Of a stretch of DNA of 64,000 nt, positions 26,144-40,985 are shown one piece after another; position 1 is the stretch's first letter; every line of letters starts with the position of its first letter. Under the pieces are notes generated by a model that saw only the letters and a program-made list of their open reading frames with translations, was not told the origin of the DNA and did no database searches. Both the position numbers and the translations under genes were made by a program. The stretch lies in NCBI RefSeq assembly GCF_006345805.1, contig NC_043000.1:88784001-88848000 (forward strand), given 5' to 3'. The stretch is from Octopus sinensis (lineage: Eukaryota).

Positions 26144-27524
26144 ACATATATATATAGATAGATTGGGTATTTTTGATGTTTTGATATTTTAATATTTTTT
26201 AATCTCTAACGTAATAAATTCCTTTCGCACTATATATTAAACACTCGAAACATAAGTTCAAGAGCCGCAGGTTGCACGCCACTTTTGAAGAGGTTAATAT
26301 GTAAGGTCTAAACGTGTTCACTCGTGCTTTGAAGTTTCATCGACGCAAATGTCTATTACCAACTGTAATCGAACGCGATATTTCTGAATACTGACTCGAA
26401 AGATATATTTTCTATCTTTCCCAATTGTCATACTCCTTCACCGCGTCAGTTTCACTGCAGTCCAGGATTATTCGACCTTGTACTATGTTTTCGAAATACA
26501 TGTATTTTGTTTTTATGTGATTCATTTGAAGCCAACTGTTGAACTCTAGCTAGAGTTTATGACAGCAAAAAAACTTACCGTTGAAAAGAAGAGCATAAAA
26601 TACAGTAAGAAGACAAACTTAATGTTAACTTCCAAGAGAAACACAATGTAACTCAGAACTGAAAACCAGCCAAACAATAGAATATTATAATATAAACACA
26701 ATAAACAGATCAGCCATATAAATGTCAACAACAAAATAGCAATCAAGAGAAACTAGATAGAACAAAGACATCGCCTAATAAAAACAAAAGTAACGTCACG
26801 TTAATAAATGCAAGTGACAGCGTACCAATAATAAAACAATACACCACTATAGGAGAATAATAAATATTGAAAAGGAATGAAAGCTTGAGTCACCCACAAT
26901 AGATTATTTATAATGTAATACAAACTTGAAACCTGCAAAAACAATTGCCTAAATGATCATCGTAACGTGAAACAAGAGGTGTGAGGAAACAATTCAGATC
27001 GTATAAATAATATATTCAATATTCTCTTCTTGTTTTGTTTGCGAGCTGTAGCCATTCCAATGTTTAATCTGTTCTCACAAAATCAAACAATATTTAGGGA
27101 TTGAGAATGAAAAAAAACTTATACGTACCACTAAGTGGATGTTGATCAAAGAACGTTCATGTACCATAACAAATCATTATTCGAAATTGCTTATTCCTCT
27201 GTGATTAACAATAGGGTATGTGATTAAATGCATTGGATGGAAACTATACAAGAATGAAAAATACAATGACAATATAACTGCACGAGAAAAGACCGGCAAA
27301 TTACAACAGTTCCAAGGTGGTTGATTTTGTAAACTAGTATGTAATATTTAAAAATTACCAGGGAGACTTTACACAAATTTTAAGACACTATGAACATCAA
27401 AAACATTGATATGCGGACAAAATGCCAAAATTTATGAATATCGCAGACATACTTGTTAAAGAGTCTTTCTAAAGAGCATGACAGATACATGAGAAAATGC
27501 TAAACTATAGTATGTAGGGCTCAA

Positions 27525-27757
27525 AGGCGGCGAGCTGGCAGAAACGTTAGCACACCGGGCGAAATGCGTAGCCGTATTTCGTCTGTCGCTACGTTCTGAG
27601 TTCAAATTCCGCCGAGGTCGACTTTGCTTTTCATCCTTTCGGGGTCGATAAATTAAGTACCAGTTACGCACTGGAGGTCGATATAATCGGCTTAATCCGT
27701 CTGTCTGTCCTTGTTTGTTCCCTCTGTGTTTAACCCCTTGTGGGTAGTAAAGAAATA
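27525..27757 (+). mobile_element. Full-length SINE family A with 19-bp TSD (one mismatch)
   Basis: TATAGTATGTAGGGCTCAA at 27506-27524 and TATAGTATGTATGGCTCAA at 27758-27776. Confidence 0.95.
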
Positions 27758-28861
27758 TATAGTATGTATGGCTCAATCAAAGAAGCACACGAATTAGTAA
27801 CAAGTTTATATCTAGAAGGCAGATGGTAATGCTTTGGAAGATGATACCATATATCATACAAACTGACTACATTATAAATATCTTAGCAGATCCAAAATTC
27901 CTAGTGATCAACAAGCACAAGTGAAAATAAGGGGCGCATTCTGTACGACATCGGGACTATCTGACATCGGTGCGGGTTCGAAACTTATCACAGAAAGATG
28001 TGATGGGTGTCACGTGTATCATCTGCTGAAGAGGGAGCCTTCAGTTTCAGAAAGTAGAACATGTGGTATAGTGACAACAGCATGTGGTAGGTATTACACA
28101 GGTGCGAAGGATGGGTGGTATGGCCAAAGTGTGCTAGGTGAAGTAGCAGCAGGGAATAATGGTATGATGCTGGTAACGTGGAACATGGTGGTGGACTGGA
28201 TTAGGGCGTGGGATTTAGTTTTTAGAGTACGAGAAAGTCGAAGAATTGGTGGTTGAACTGCAAAGAGAAAAGAAAAATAGATTGGACGATATTTGCGGGG
28301 TTGCAAAGAGCAGAGAGAACGAGGTGAAAGGAGGTTAATGGTGCTGTGTCTGCTACTAAGGGAGATGCTACAGCGAATGGTAAATCGGATGAGATGACAT
28401 GAATGATTCAAAACAGTTTAAATGACGGGAGAATAGTACCGGCTGGTATGGGAAAATAGGTGGAAATATACAGGGTTTCACGAGGTGAGGGTAGCTGATG
28501 GTGCTGTTAGTAGAGGATAAATAGTGGGGGTGGACGAAAATTTACCTAGAATAATGAGTTATATAATGTGGTGTACTGAGGTTTCCAAGCAACAAGCAAG
28601 TGGAAGTGTGTGAGGTGTAGATTCTTGAGGAAAGAATGCTGGTCCAGCATGGAGAAGCAGAGAGTGAGAAGAGTTGAGAAGAATGTAGGATAAAATGTGT
28701 ATATATAACACGTATAACACATGCTCACAAACACACACACACTTAAGCATATATATATATATATATATATATTTATACACTTACATAACTACATACATAT
28801 ATGCATACATACATATACAAGTAGGAACTTATTAAACGCTATGAACACAAATACATAAATA

Positions 28862-28904
<43 letters not shown>

Positions 28905-30744
28905 TTGTGTTAAACATCTGTTTTACTTAGAATCATAAGAGATATTGGAAAGTCCTTCACTTTAATGTCAGATTATGTATTACTTGACATCAAAACAAGC
29001 ATGTAAATATAGACTGAGAGAGGGGGCCGAGAACAGAAAGGGAGAAAAAAGAAAGAAAGAAAGAAAGACAGAAAGAAAGAAAGAGGTATTCATAAGTATG
29101 TGTACGGTTTTTGTGTGTATGTGAAAGTATTTATATGCATAAATGTGTTGTGTGGGTGTGCGCTTGCCTGCATGCATCCGTTTCATACTTTTCAACTCAT
29201 TTCCATTTCAAATACAAATCCATTGGCCATGAGTTATCAGAAAAATATGTCGTGTTTTTCAAGTAAAACACAATACATACATATCTACACGCACATGAAT
29301 ATACACACACAAACGTATGTAATATATATATATGCTCTATTTCATAGCCCGTTGGGAATAAGTCAACAATGGATCCTCTCTGCAATGAATTAAACAATGC
29401 TTTATCTATGAACATCTCCAGAAATTATTTATGCCCGATCGTTCCTAAACTTAATATATCTTTGATATTAAGCCCATCCATCCCCGCAACACCGTAAATT
29501 AATATCGCTTCAAAGCAATATGACTTATTCTTGTGTCAAATTTAACATTACTGGAAAATAGCTTTGGAAATTATCTGAGGAAGTTCTATATATTAAATCT
29601 AATGTTTTCGCTTCCTAAATTTTATTTCTTTTGAATACTATATAGCATTTTGTCTTATATTTTGCTTTTCTCACATTTGTGTTCAAATGCGAACCATCTC
29701 AAATGCAGAAAATAGAAACGACTAACGTTTATTTATGATTTATTTGAGATTAGCAAAGTAAAAAGGAAATAAATAATGAAGAAGAATTTGACGAGGAAGG
29801 GATAAACCAATATACGTTTACTGAGAACAATAAAATTAAAAGAGATGAAAAAGTAAACCGCATCTTTATTTGTCTGCAGTCGAAATAAACAAGCTTCTCA
29901 AACTAACATGGTGAGAATAATGTAATTGAAAAGTTGTTGGCCACAAAGAAGTAAAAAAATATCTTGCAGAATATATGTATGTCTTCGAACTTAAAGAAAA
30001 GGAGTTATTCAATTTATCGTTGTTTTCAAGAATCAAGAAAAAATATTATAGACCTTCATCTAATACATACACGTACACACACACGCACCCAGACACACAC
30101 ACAGACACACACAGACACACACACACACACACACAAAACAGGAAAGATCAAACAATGAAGACTTAAGTATGCCAGCTTTACGTTGTACACTTCACTGAAG
30201 CACATAAAATTGCTTATTCTGAATTTTTTCTTTCAAGTTCATTTAGAAAAATACAAGTATTGTTTACTTAATAAAAAACATAGTATTCTAGTTAAAGCCT
30301 GAATAGAATTAACTGATATTAACTGATTATTAGTTCTGTTATGGAAACGAATACAAAAACCGTCTTTGGTGACGCTAATAATATTAACTCAATCCGAAGT
30401 TCAAACTTCACTTATAACATGTTTCCAAACTAATGCGTGGGTTTATCTCTCTAATATACTGAAAAGAATTCATTGTGTCTACTACCTAAGGTATACATTA
30501 TTAGCCGAGGTAGAATCCAGTTCCATACATAATGTTTTCGTTCATCTCTAAAGTCTATGCATAGTAGAATATTCTAAAATTGATTTCGTATGTCCATGAT
30601 AAAACAGTTTCTACAAACGATTGAAACTAAACACTTGTTTCCTTCAAACTGCCCCACGTTATTGTGGTAAACAGCTAGCGTTATGATAAACCATAAAAAA
30701 GAGACAAACTATCGACAAAATACAGAATAATGTGTATATATTTT

Positions 30745-30945
30745 ATCTTTTTCAGTGATTGGGCCGCGACCGTACTGAGGCAAATCGCCTTGGAGGGTTT
30801 AGCCAAACAAATCAACCCTAGTACTTACATTTTTAAACGTGGTATTTATTCATTCCAACCATTTTGCCGACCCGCTAAATTACAGGGACATAAACAAACC
30901 AATACCTTATGCCAGACGGTGGTTTAGGACAAACATAAAGACATA
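30745..30945 (-). mobile_element. Diverged SINE family B, 3' half
   Basis: TTTTCAGTGATTGGGCCGCGACCGT...CCGCTAAATTACAGGGACATAAAC, followed by microsatellite. Confidence 0.7.
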
Positions 30946-30971
30946 CACAACATGTATATATGTATGTATGC

Positions 30972-31027
<56 letters not shown>

Positions 31028-31052
31028 GCAATATATATATATATATGAATAT

Positions 31053-31091
<39 letters not shown>

Positions 31092-32137
31092 CTTATGATA
31101 TCTTATGATAAAAGGCAGATTTTCTCTGCCTGTTCCCATGTTTCTTTTTAATACAATTCTACAATATAGAATTTCTTCAATTGGAAGTTACCTATGATTT
31201 TTCCAAGTAGATTCGATTGGGTCATAGCATGTAAAGTTTTTTCAATTTGACCCCCAATTAAGCAAAAATTCGAGAAAACTCAATATTTTACGACTTACCT
31301 CTCTGATTTCAAGTGGTTTACTCCTACTATTACCACCACACTTTCTCCTACTTTCTCTTTGCAAGTGTGAAACTATTAAAGTGAAAGTATTTATATAACA
31401 GGGATGAGCCATTAATACTGGTCATCCTTTTTGCTAGAGGAAGATCCGCTATGGTCTTATATGCTACACCACTGGTTTTCAATTCATATTAATCAAATTA
31501 ATATTCAATATTTCACCCTTATCATGTGCGTGTGTGTGTGTGTATTAGCAATTCGTATAAAATTGCATCAATGACTTGAACTTGAATAAGTGGTTTCACA
31601 TAAATGGGGATAAATTAAAAAGGTTTGTTGCTATTATTATTACTGTTTGACTATTGTAATCACGTTTGTTGGTTCCTCGTCAGGGAAACGTTGTTGTGTT
31701 GCATTTGTTAAATAATTGTAAACCGTAACCTCCCCCTTTCGGAGAAGGGGCTTTGGTTATTGTTTAAAAATTGAATTGTGTCCCTGTTTTGGGAAATTGA
31801 CAATATTTTCACCGTCTTTACGGAAGCATTTTTGTTAAAATGTCTTCGATAGAAGAAAGTCCAAAAATGAATTTCGTTGCAGCCGTACACTTCTATACAA
31901 GAGGGATGACAAGATCCAATTGATCGAAATTGCAAGAGACAGGCCTACAATTTCAGTTTGTTATATATTTTGAGTATTGTTACCACTAGCGATATCAAGA
32001 TATAACTTTGTATTTTGTATTTTATGTGTAGGTGTATATATATAGATGTACATGTAATATGTACACATATATATATACACATATATACATGCATAATATA
32101 TCTACTCATACACACATACGCACACACACACATACAT

Positions 32138-32224
32138 AGGGGCAGGTGTGGCTGTGTGGTAACAAACTACGTTCCAAACACATGGACCTGGGTTCAGTCC
32201 CACTGTGTGGTGACTTGGCATGTG
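32138..32224 (+). mobile_element. SINE family B head fragment
   Basis: GGGGCAGGTGTGGCTGTGTGGTAA...GGGTTCAGTCCCACTGTGTGG. Confidence 0.8.
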
Positions 32225-32239
32225 TAGGTACAAACACTC

Positions 32240-33679
32240 TGTCTTCACATTTGCTGCGTGAGACATGTTTTAATGTTGACAAGCTTGCCGAGTACATAGC
32301 CGACAATGAGCCAAAGCTCCTTCCAGAACAGAAGTTCGCTTACAACTCCGTTGTTAATTCAGTCCGGGCCAAAGCTGGGGGGATTTTTTTCTTGGACGCT
32401 CCTGGGGGCACTGGGAAAACTTTTGTCAACAAATTAATATTGGCTGACATTAGGCGAACACAAGGCATTGACCTAGCTGTGGCATCATCTGAAATTGCGG
32501 CTACTTTGTTGCCAGGCGGCAGGACAGCTCACTCCACTTTCAAGCTCCCGTTTGACTTAGCGAAGACTGAGACACCACTTGCAACATCAGTAACAGCTCC
32601 GATCAGGCAGAAGTCTTCAGACGATGCAAGCTTATCGTTTGGGATGAATGCATGATGGCCCAAAGACGTGTTCTTGAGGCACTAGATAGATCTCTCAGAG
32701 ACATCAAACACTCTTCAGCTCCCATGGGAGGCATAACACTTCTTCTTTCAGGGGACTTCCGACAAACACTTCCCGTTATTCCCAAAGGGACTACAGCTGA
32801 TGCAGTAAGTGCGTGTCTTAAGTCATCCACATTGTGGCCACTGGTGAAGACTCTCAAACTTCACACCAATACGCATGCTCATATGCGACGTGATATCACA
32901 TCAGCAGCATTTTCTCACACCCTCCTTGCACTTGGCGAAGGCAAAATACCAGGGGATGAAAATGGTAATATTGCCATCGATTCCATTTGTACCATTGTTA
33001 AGACGCCTTCTGATCTCAGAGATGCAGTGTTCCCAGATCTACAAGCTAATTATCGGAATATGGATTGGATTGGCCAAAGGGCCATTCTGGCCCCGAGGAA
33101 TAAAAACTGTTCACCATATTAATGATGAAATGCTAAAACTCATTGCTGGGGATGTCTATGTATATAAGTCTATCGATACAACTCCTGACCCAGAGGACGT
33201 CAACTATCCAATAGAGGTACTCAATTCCTTTGAGCCCCCTGGACTACCACCACACATTCTCAAACTTAAAGTTGGTGCCCCTATAATGCTCATTAGAAAT
33301 TTGGTTCCCCCAAAACAATGCAATGGCACACGTTTCATCATTAAGTCCTTATCTCCCAATCTGATTGAGGCCACCATTATCACAGGGTGCGGTCGAGGCA
33401 ACGTTGTGCTCATACCTAGGATGCATCTTTTCCCATCAGGAACAGACCTACCTTTCATATTTCGGAGGTCCCAGTTCCCAGTAAGTCCATGTTTCGCAAT
33501 GTCAATTAACAAAGCGCAGGGTCAAACACTGTCTGTGGCGGGAATACATTTGGGAGAGCCATGTTTCTCTCATGGTCAGCTTTATGTTGCCTGCTCGCGT
33601 GTCGGCAGCAACAGTGATGCTTTCGCATTCGTTCCACAACGAAAAACAAAAAAACATTGTGTACAAGGAGGTTTTATAG
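32240..33679 (+). pseudogene. Helitron RepHel C-terminal PIF1-type SF1B helicase, three frameshifts
   Basis: Motifs FFLDAPGGTGKT, VASSEIAATLLPGGRTAHSTFKLP, IVWDEC, LSGDFRQTLPV, RAILAPRN, LKVGAPIMLIRNL..CNGTR and FAMSINKAQGQTL..GQLYVACSRV, ending KNIVYKEVL* at 33679. Frameshifts near 32577, 33105 and 33650. Confidence 0.93.
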
Positions 33680-34386
33680 GATTACGTTTCATCATTTTCT
33701 AACACGTTAGTATTTCACTTACATACGACTCTCTTTTATGATGGCATTTACATTTTTAGGCGTTTCATGACATTAATTCACACTTAACCAACACCTGTCC
33801 TTCGCTCACCTCTATTTCTATGCATTCATCATCAAACCACCAGCCTCATCTTCTATATCCAACGTACATGACACATCTACACCCTACATCTACCCTCTCA
33901 CTGTTAAAGTTTACATAAGCGACAACACGATCGCAACATACACTTTGGAAACTAAGCAACAGATCATTTTATACAACAACAAATTTAATCATAGCGCCCA
34001 TCAATGAAAACCTCTCCACAACTGTGTTGTGATTCATCTATTCAGCACCACTACATTCTTGCCGGTCTGACATATGGTGAGTAGATGCTATTGTTCTATA
34101 TTTTATAAATTACCCATATTTACTTACCCATGCTTCATTTCCCTCTTGCCTACATAGAGCATCCATTCTCTTTTAACACAGCATGAAGTTTTGTAACAGC
34201 ACATCCGCTGCCGTTCGTGGAAAAGGAAGAGACCCTATTCACCTGCGAACGTTTTACACCGCCTTCCACGACTATCAAATTCTTACAATTATGAGAACTA
34301 TAACATGGCTCTTTTCAAGAGTATATAAGTAGTTGAATGAAATAACGTGCTTTCGTATGGAAATTTGTGTGTTTTTTTTAATATAA

Positions 34387-34724
34387 ATAAATGAAAGAAT
34401 GGAGTCGAACGACGATTTAACAAAGTTCCTTTATTCTCGACATGTGTTTCGAAGACTGCAAATTCTTAATTCCGAAGGAACAAAGGGTGCATTATGCCGC
34501 TTTCCCATCAGGAAAGACAAGGAACTTATGTCAGCATCATGACGAACTTTTCTAAACGTTTTTGTTCGTCATGATGCTGACATAAGTTCCTCGTCTTTCC
34601 TGATGAGAAGGCGGCATAATGCACCCTTTATTCCTTCGGAATTAAGAATTTGCAGTCTTCGAAACATATGTCGAGAATAAAGGAACTTTGTTAAATCGTC
34701 GTTCGACTCCATTCTTTCATTTAT
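34387..34724. repeat. Fold-back inverted repeat: 161-bp arms, 16-bp spacer, 156/161 identical
   Basis: Arms at 34387-34547 and 34564-34724. The five differences are all transitions. Abuts a (TA)n tract. Confidence 0.97.
34586..34686 (+). ncRNA. Type I hammerhead ribozyme, apparently intact (Penelope-type, palindromic helix III)
   Basis: GTTCCT-cgtc-TTTC, CTGATGA (34600-34606), stem II GAAGGC/GTCTTC, GAAAC-ATAT-GTC^ (34661-34672), GAGA-ataa-AGGAAC. Predicted cleavage after 34672. Confidence 0.85.
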
Positions 34725-34742
34725 ATATATATATTATATATA

Positions 34743-34812
<70 letters not shown>

Positions 34813-34861
34813 TGCATGTATATATATATATATGCATGTATATATATATATATATATATGC

Positions 34862-34919
<58 letters not shown>

Positions 34920-35283
34920 TATATATATACATATATTATTTGTAGTTATCACTTTTACTGTTTTTGTAAACAGTGTATGAGTTCAACGGATATCTTACAA
35001 ACTGACAAGGTGAGTCCAGTTTAACCCTAGACACGGTAAGAGCCAACGATGAAAATTAAGGTTCTGTAGCATCGGTGATCTGGCTATATCAGCTGTTGTA
35101 GGGAGCTTGTCTCTTTGTCGGTCATTAAGATGGTACCATGTGTGGCTATTGAGTTATTTTGACTCTTATTTCCAGCTATGCTGAAATAAGTACCCTTTGT
35201 CATTTTAGTGACGTCTATAATTTTGCATTTAGGTTGTTAGGTTACTAAAATCCACCCATATTATATATATATATATATATATA

Positions 35284-35345
<62 letters not shown>

Positions 35346-35364
35346 TATTATTATTATTATTATT

Positions 35365-35587
35365 ATTATTTATGTAAAGGGCACAATACATGTATTAAAG
35401 CGCTACTAATAGTTTCATATGTGGAGAAAACTCAAACATATTCTTCAGGCGCAAACCACATGTCATAACGAACTAAAGATACGTTATGATTTGTGGTTTG
35501 CGCCTGAAGAACAAGTTTGAGTTTCCTCGACATATAAACCTATCAATAGTGCTTTAATACATGAATTGTGACCTTTAAATAAATAAT
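35365..35587. repeat. Diverged fold-back inverted repeat: about 106-bp arms, 11-bp spacer
   Basis: Arms at 35365-35470 and 35482-35587, about 85% identical by eye. Abuts an (ATT)n tract. Confidence 0.92.
35400..35452 (-). ncRNA. Compact 53-nt type I hammerhead ribozyme, apparently intact
   Basis: The minus strand reads GCGC-CTGAAGA-ATATGT-ttgagttttctcc-ACATAT-GAAAC-TATTA-GTA^-GCGC. Confidence 0.8.
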
Positions 35588-35813
35588 ATTTACCTCTCAC
35601 TAGATGGATACTTTTTTATTGAATTTTCTCTCGCGTATGAGTATATTAATATATATATATTTTTAAATCTTAGGGTAGCAAGAATATTCATCGAAAAATT
35701 CTTAGTTACCAGTGGTCTAATAGTCAATAGACTATATATTATTCAGAGACGAATATATTGTACGTTCAAACACAAAAGAGATAACCGAACAATAGGATAT
35801 CTGACTCGCTAGA

Positions 35814-36170
35814 GCCCAGTTAGAATTTTCTTCAGATACAGTAGCCCATCCAGCTTAAAAGGTCCCTGACCAAGCGTTGGTAAAGGATGTTGAGCAAAAC
35901 ACCCATGTTTCCAGTGGTGAGTTATCCAAACCCCATAGAATTCCTTTCAACACGTTTATGATGCTCCCCACTACTTCTGCTCGTGATCAGGGATGCACAT
36001 ATCGTCAGCCACCAAGGGACATGCTCAACTGGTTATGGTCAAACAACTGACCAGCAAATTTGAGCCGAATATTTGCTGTAGCCCAACTTTTATTCCAGGA
36101 CACAACAATCTGCATGATAACACTTCTAATCAGTTAAGATCAGAAGCCCTGAGCCAGTGCTTAGTACAGT
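35814..36170. mobile_element. Probable interspersed retroelement UTR fragment
   Basis: GC-elevated block starting GCCCAGTTAGAATTTTC, the same 9-mer (GCCCAGTTA) on which each core of the triplication ends. Family assignment is inference. Confidence 0.45.
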
Positions 36171-36216
36171 ACTATTATTAGTGTTGTTGTTGTTGTTGTT
36201 GTTAGCCAGGCATCTA

Positions 36217-36406
36217 GCTGGTAGAATCGTTAGCTCGCCGGGCAAAATATTTAGCGGCATTTCGTCCGTTTTTACGTTCTGAGTTCAAATTCCGTAAAGG
36301 TCGACTTTTCCCTTCATTCTTTCGAGGTCCACAAAATAAGCACCAGTTGAACACTGGGGTCGATTTAATCGGCTTACGCACTCTCCCAAAATTGCTGGCT
36401 TTGAAA
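36217..36406 (+). mobile_element. SINE family A with alternative tail
   Basis: GCTGGTAGAATCGTTAGC...GAGTTCAAATTCCG...AAAATAAGCACCAG...CTCTCCCAAAATTGCTGGC, followed by (ATT)n. Confidence 0.85.
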
Positions 36407-36438
36407 TTATCATTATTATTATTATTATTATTATTATG

Positions 36439-36488
<50 letters not shown>

Positions 36489-36542
36489 CATCATCATCAT
36501 CATCATTATCATCATCATCATCATCATCATCATCATTATTAT

Positions 36543-37725
<1,183 letters not shown>

Positions 37726-40324
37726 GCAAATTATTATTATTCAAAATCATATTTTTGCAACAAATTTGTGAGAAGCCCAACATTAAAAATTGTTGCATTA
37801 GAGCTGAGCTTCTCTCCACAAGTAATTTACCCTCCAAACTAATTACACTACTTTGGCTGTGATCGGAATAGCGGAAGAACTTCAAAAGGTTAATCCTCAT
37901 TTCTTGGTACTTTATTACAAGAAACATTTCTTCCAATTATCTGCCAGAAACTCCTTCAATATGTACTATGTGTTTTTTACTAGTTACCATGGAAACTTCC
38001 ATAAAATATTATGGAAAGTAGTGTTAATAACCATCGAAGATACTTGAAAAGAACTTTAAAAGTTATTAATATTTGATATCAACGCGGAATAAAGTTTCTT
38101 GAGCATAAGATAACAGCCACTTATGCAACATATGAACACTTGTAAATTGACCAACTGATCAATATATGACAGGGAATCATTTGTTCAATTTATCAATCAC
38201 CTCCACTTTACTTGTTCATCATTATCATCATCGTCAACATCAAACTAACTCAATAATTGAAATGCTATGTTATTTACTTAGTTTCATATCAGATTGATCC
38301 CGGAAATCTGTGAACAATCGTGTCACTGCTGTGAGCTCCCTGCCTTCTTGTATATCTAAGACTATAAATTTGATTACATATGCATCCTTTTAAGAAAGGA
38401 GGGTTTAATTTGTTGGAGAAGTATGTCGTATATCTAACAGATCTCTCTTTAGCGCGATTAAAACCATATTACTTACCGTAGTCCAACTCATTTTCTATGT
38501 AGAGTGCCGGAACTGTAACCATATTTCACTGAAAACATTAAATTTTGGTTGAAAATAAATTTATATTCAATAAGTTAAAGATTGATTCTATATATTTTCT
38601 ATGTATAGCATTCCATGTCTTGTTAATAACTTTTCAATTGAACAGTTTCAAGCAGAAGAAATATACAACGTTGATTGACAAAACTGTTTTAAGACCTCAT
38701 ATGCATTAAGAAGAGAACCAAGGGAAAAAAAAACACCGCCTCAATCGCATTATTCATAACACTGTTAAATGTTTCAATACCAAACATAAGAGATTATCAT
38801 TCTTTGTTTAAAAGCTCTTATATGTGTAAACTTTTCATGTTATTCTCCATACAAATATTGCACCGGAAATCTTGTTTTCCCTTGAAATCAATTCTTTATT
38901 TTTCTTTTGAAAATTTAAATTGTTTAATCTCATATGGGCTTTGATCTATTCCCCGTGAATTTCTTTTCAAAAATACAAGTTAAAAAGTATAAAAATATAA
39001 AATATTATTACATAGTTGGAAACTAAACTAAAAGTAAACAACAATCAATAGGTGGAACAAATAGTATCCATTTATGCAACAAGGATACCCAGGTAACTGG
39101 ATGAGATAACATAACAAATTAAGTTCCAGTCTACTAATAGTAAGTGATACCCAAGCACACTCGTAGTGGCACAAATACAAACATCAACAGTTGCAAATAT
39201 ACACATACTTAATGATGGAAGCAAATAGATAAGCAATAAATAATTTATATAACTTTTGTTATGTTTAAATGTTTACTTAGAATACTCTTGATTATTGGGG
39301 AATTATATTGGTTTATTTTGAAAGAACGCAATTACACTCAATTTCGTACTGCAATTCCTTCTCATAATGATTCATGACAAATATAGACCAATTAACTTGG
39401 AAGACCGTGACAGTTTACTCATCAAATAATATTTAACAGTTATGTATTACTGATCTTATTGAAACATTTAGACTATGTTTATCATTCTTTATATTAATTT
39501 ACTTTATGAATGGCATTAATAACATCGTTGGGTCAATGTTCAAAATATTATTAAAATGAACAAATATGTTCAATTAAAAGCATTTCATTTATTTAAATAA
39601 ATGCATTCCCTGACAAGCCATATATCATCAAAGAAAACCAACTTAGCCTCATGAGATGTGACATACATATATTTACACTTACACGCATTCATACTACACG
39701 GCTAGACACACACACACATACACGCACTCACTTACATGAGCACATGGGCGTATACTCATGCATAACATGTAACTGACCATGAGCGTCAATACAATGGAGA
39801 AATAGATACCACTTTTTAGTAAGATTTACACTTATTAAGAGATTGTGGAATTGTTACTTATTGTCGTGACAAACGTGGACAGGAAAAGAATGAACGTCTT
39901 CTTACCAAGTGAATGGTAAGTCTGCATCGTAATTTTCAGTCAAAATATTTTCTCCACTTTCTTCTGACACTAAGAATAAAATAAAAATAAAATAAATGCG
40001 CTCTTTTAAAGCCTAGCCAGGCTCATGGACCCGGTTATGGACCATGTAAATGCTTAGGGCTTTTTTTTCAGTCCTGACTTTTTATCAGTTGGGGCTGCCT
40101 ACTGCCTTTTATCACGAAATTACACTTCAAGCTTCATACACAGAAATGATTCCTGTGTTAATGTATTAGAACATATTGGTGATACTGTGCTTATTGCATT
40201 AGCCCTTTGCTTATCCACCGGATACACCGGATATATTTCCATGGCATTCATGAATTATGTATGATACGTACTCCTGAATAATTGTTTCAACCACTGGGGA
40301 CTTATGAAGGGAAGTTTATATTAC

Positions 40325-40605
40325 TCAAACGGAAATGGAAGGACTGTCGTGTGTGCATGTGTGTGTGTGTGTGTGTGTTTATATGTCTTTGTATCTGTGT
40401 TTGTCCACCACCACCGCTTGACAACTGGTGTTTGTCCACCACCACCACCACCGCTTGACAATCAGTTAGGTTCCCGTAACTTAGCGGTTGGGCAAAATAC
40501 GATAGGAGTCAGTGGCTTATAGAAACATGTATTACGGTCGATTCGTTTGGCTAAAGTTCTTGAAGACGGTTCCCTAATATGGCCACAGACTGAACAAGAA
40601 AGGAA
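40325..40605 (+). mobile_element. Diverged SINE family B, 3' part, with a short internal duplication
   Basis: ACGGAAAT...(TG)n...GTGTTTGTCCACCACCACC..GCTTGACAA twice...CCCGTAACTTAGCGGTT. Confidence 0.75.
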
Positions 40606-40726
40606 AAATAAAAGTAATATAAGGTTTTGGAATATTTAAGCGTCTGCACCTTGGGTTGGATAAATACGGATTTTTGCTGGACATTTTGTATTTTACACAT
40701 TTTGTGATCTTTGGTTTAGTGAGATT

Positions 40727-40985
40727 GCATGGCCTAGTAGCTAGTGATTTCGGTTTACGATCATAATGACATGGGTTCGATTGCCGGTGATTGCTCCAGT
40801 TTACCCAACTGAAAATTAGTAGGAGCCAAATCCTGGTGCAATTCTCTTCTCCCAGTTATCACGCCCTACGTGTATCATTGCGTCAAAGAGTAGAAGAGTG
40901 GTGGAGAGGGAGTCCATGTCTGCTTGAAAGTACGTAGACACCTAAAGCGGTTAGCTAAAGAGTGATACGTTACGAAGCCGTACTC
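40727..40985 (+). mobile_element. Diverged tRNA-derived SINE
   Basis: A-box-like GCATGGCCTAGTAGCTAG and B-box GGGTTCGATTGCC. The 3' boundary is uncertain. Confidence 0.55.

Noticed and set aside
33680-34330. Expected Helitron 3' end (hairpin plus CTRR)
   Set aside because: No convincing terminus was found.
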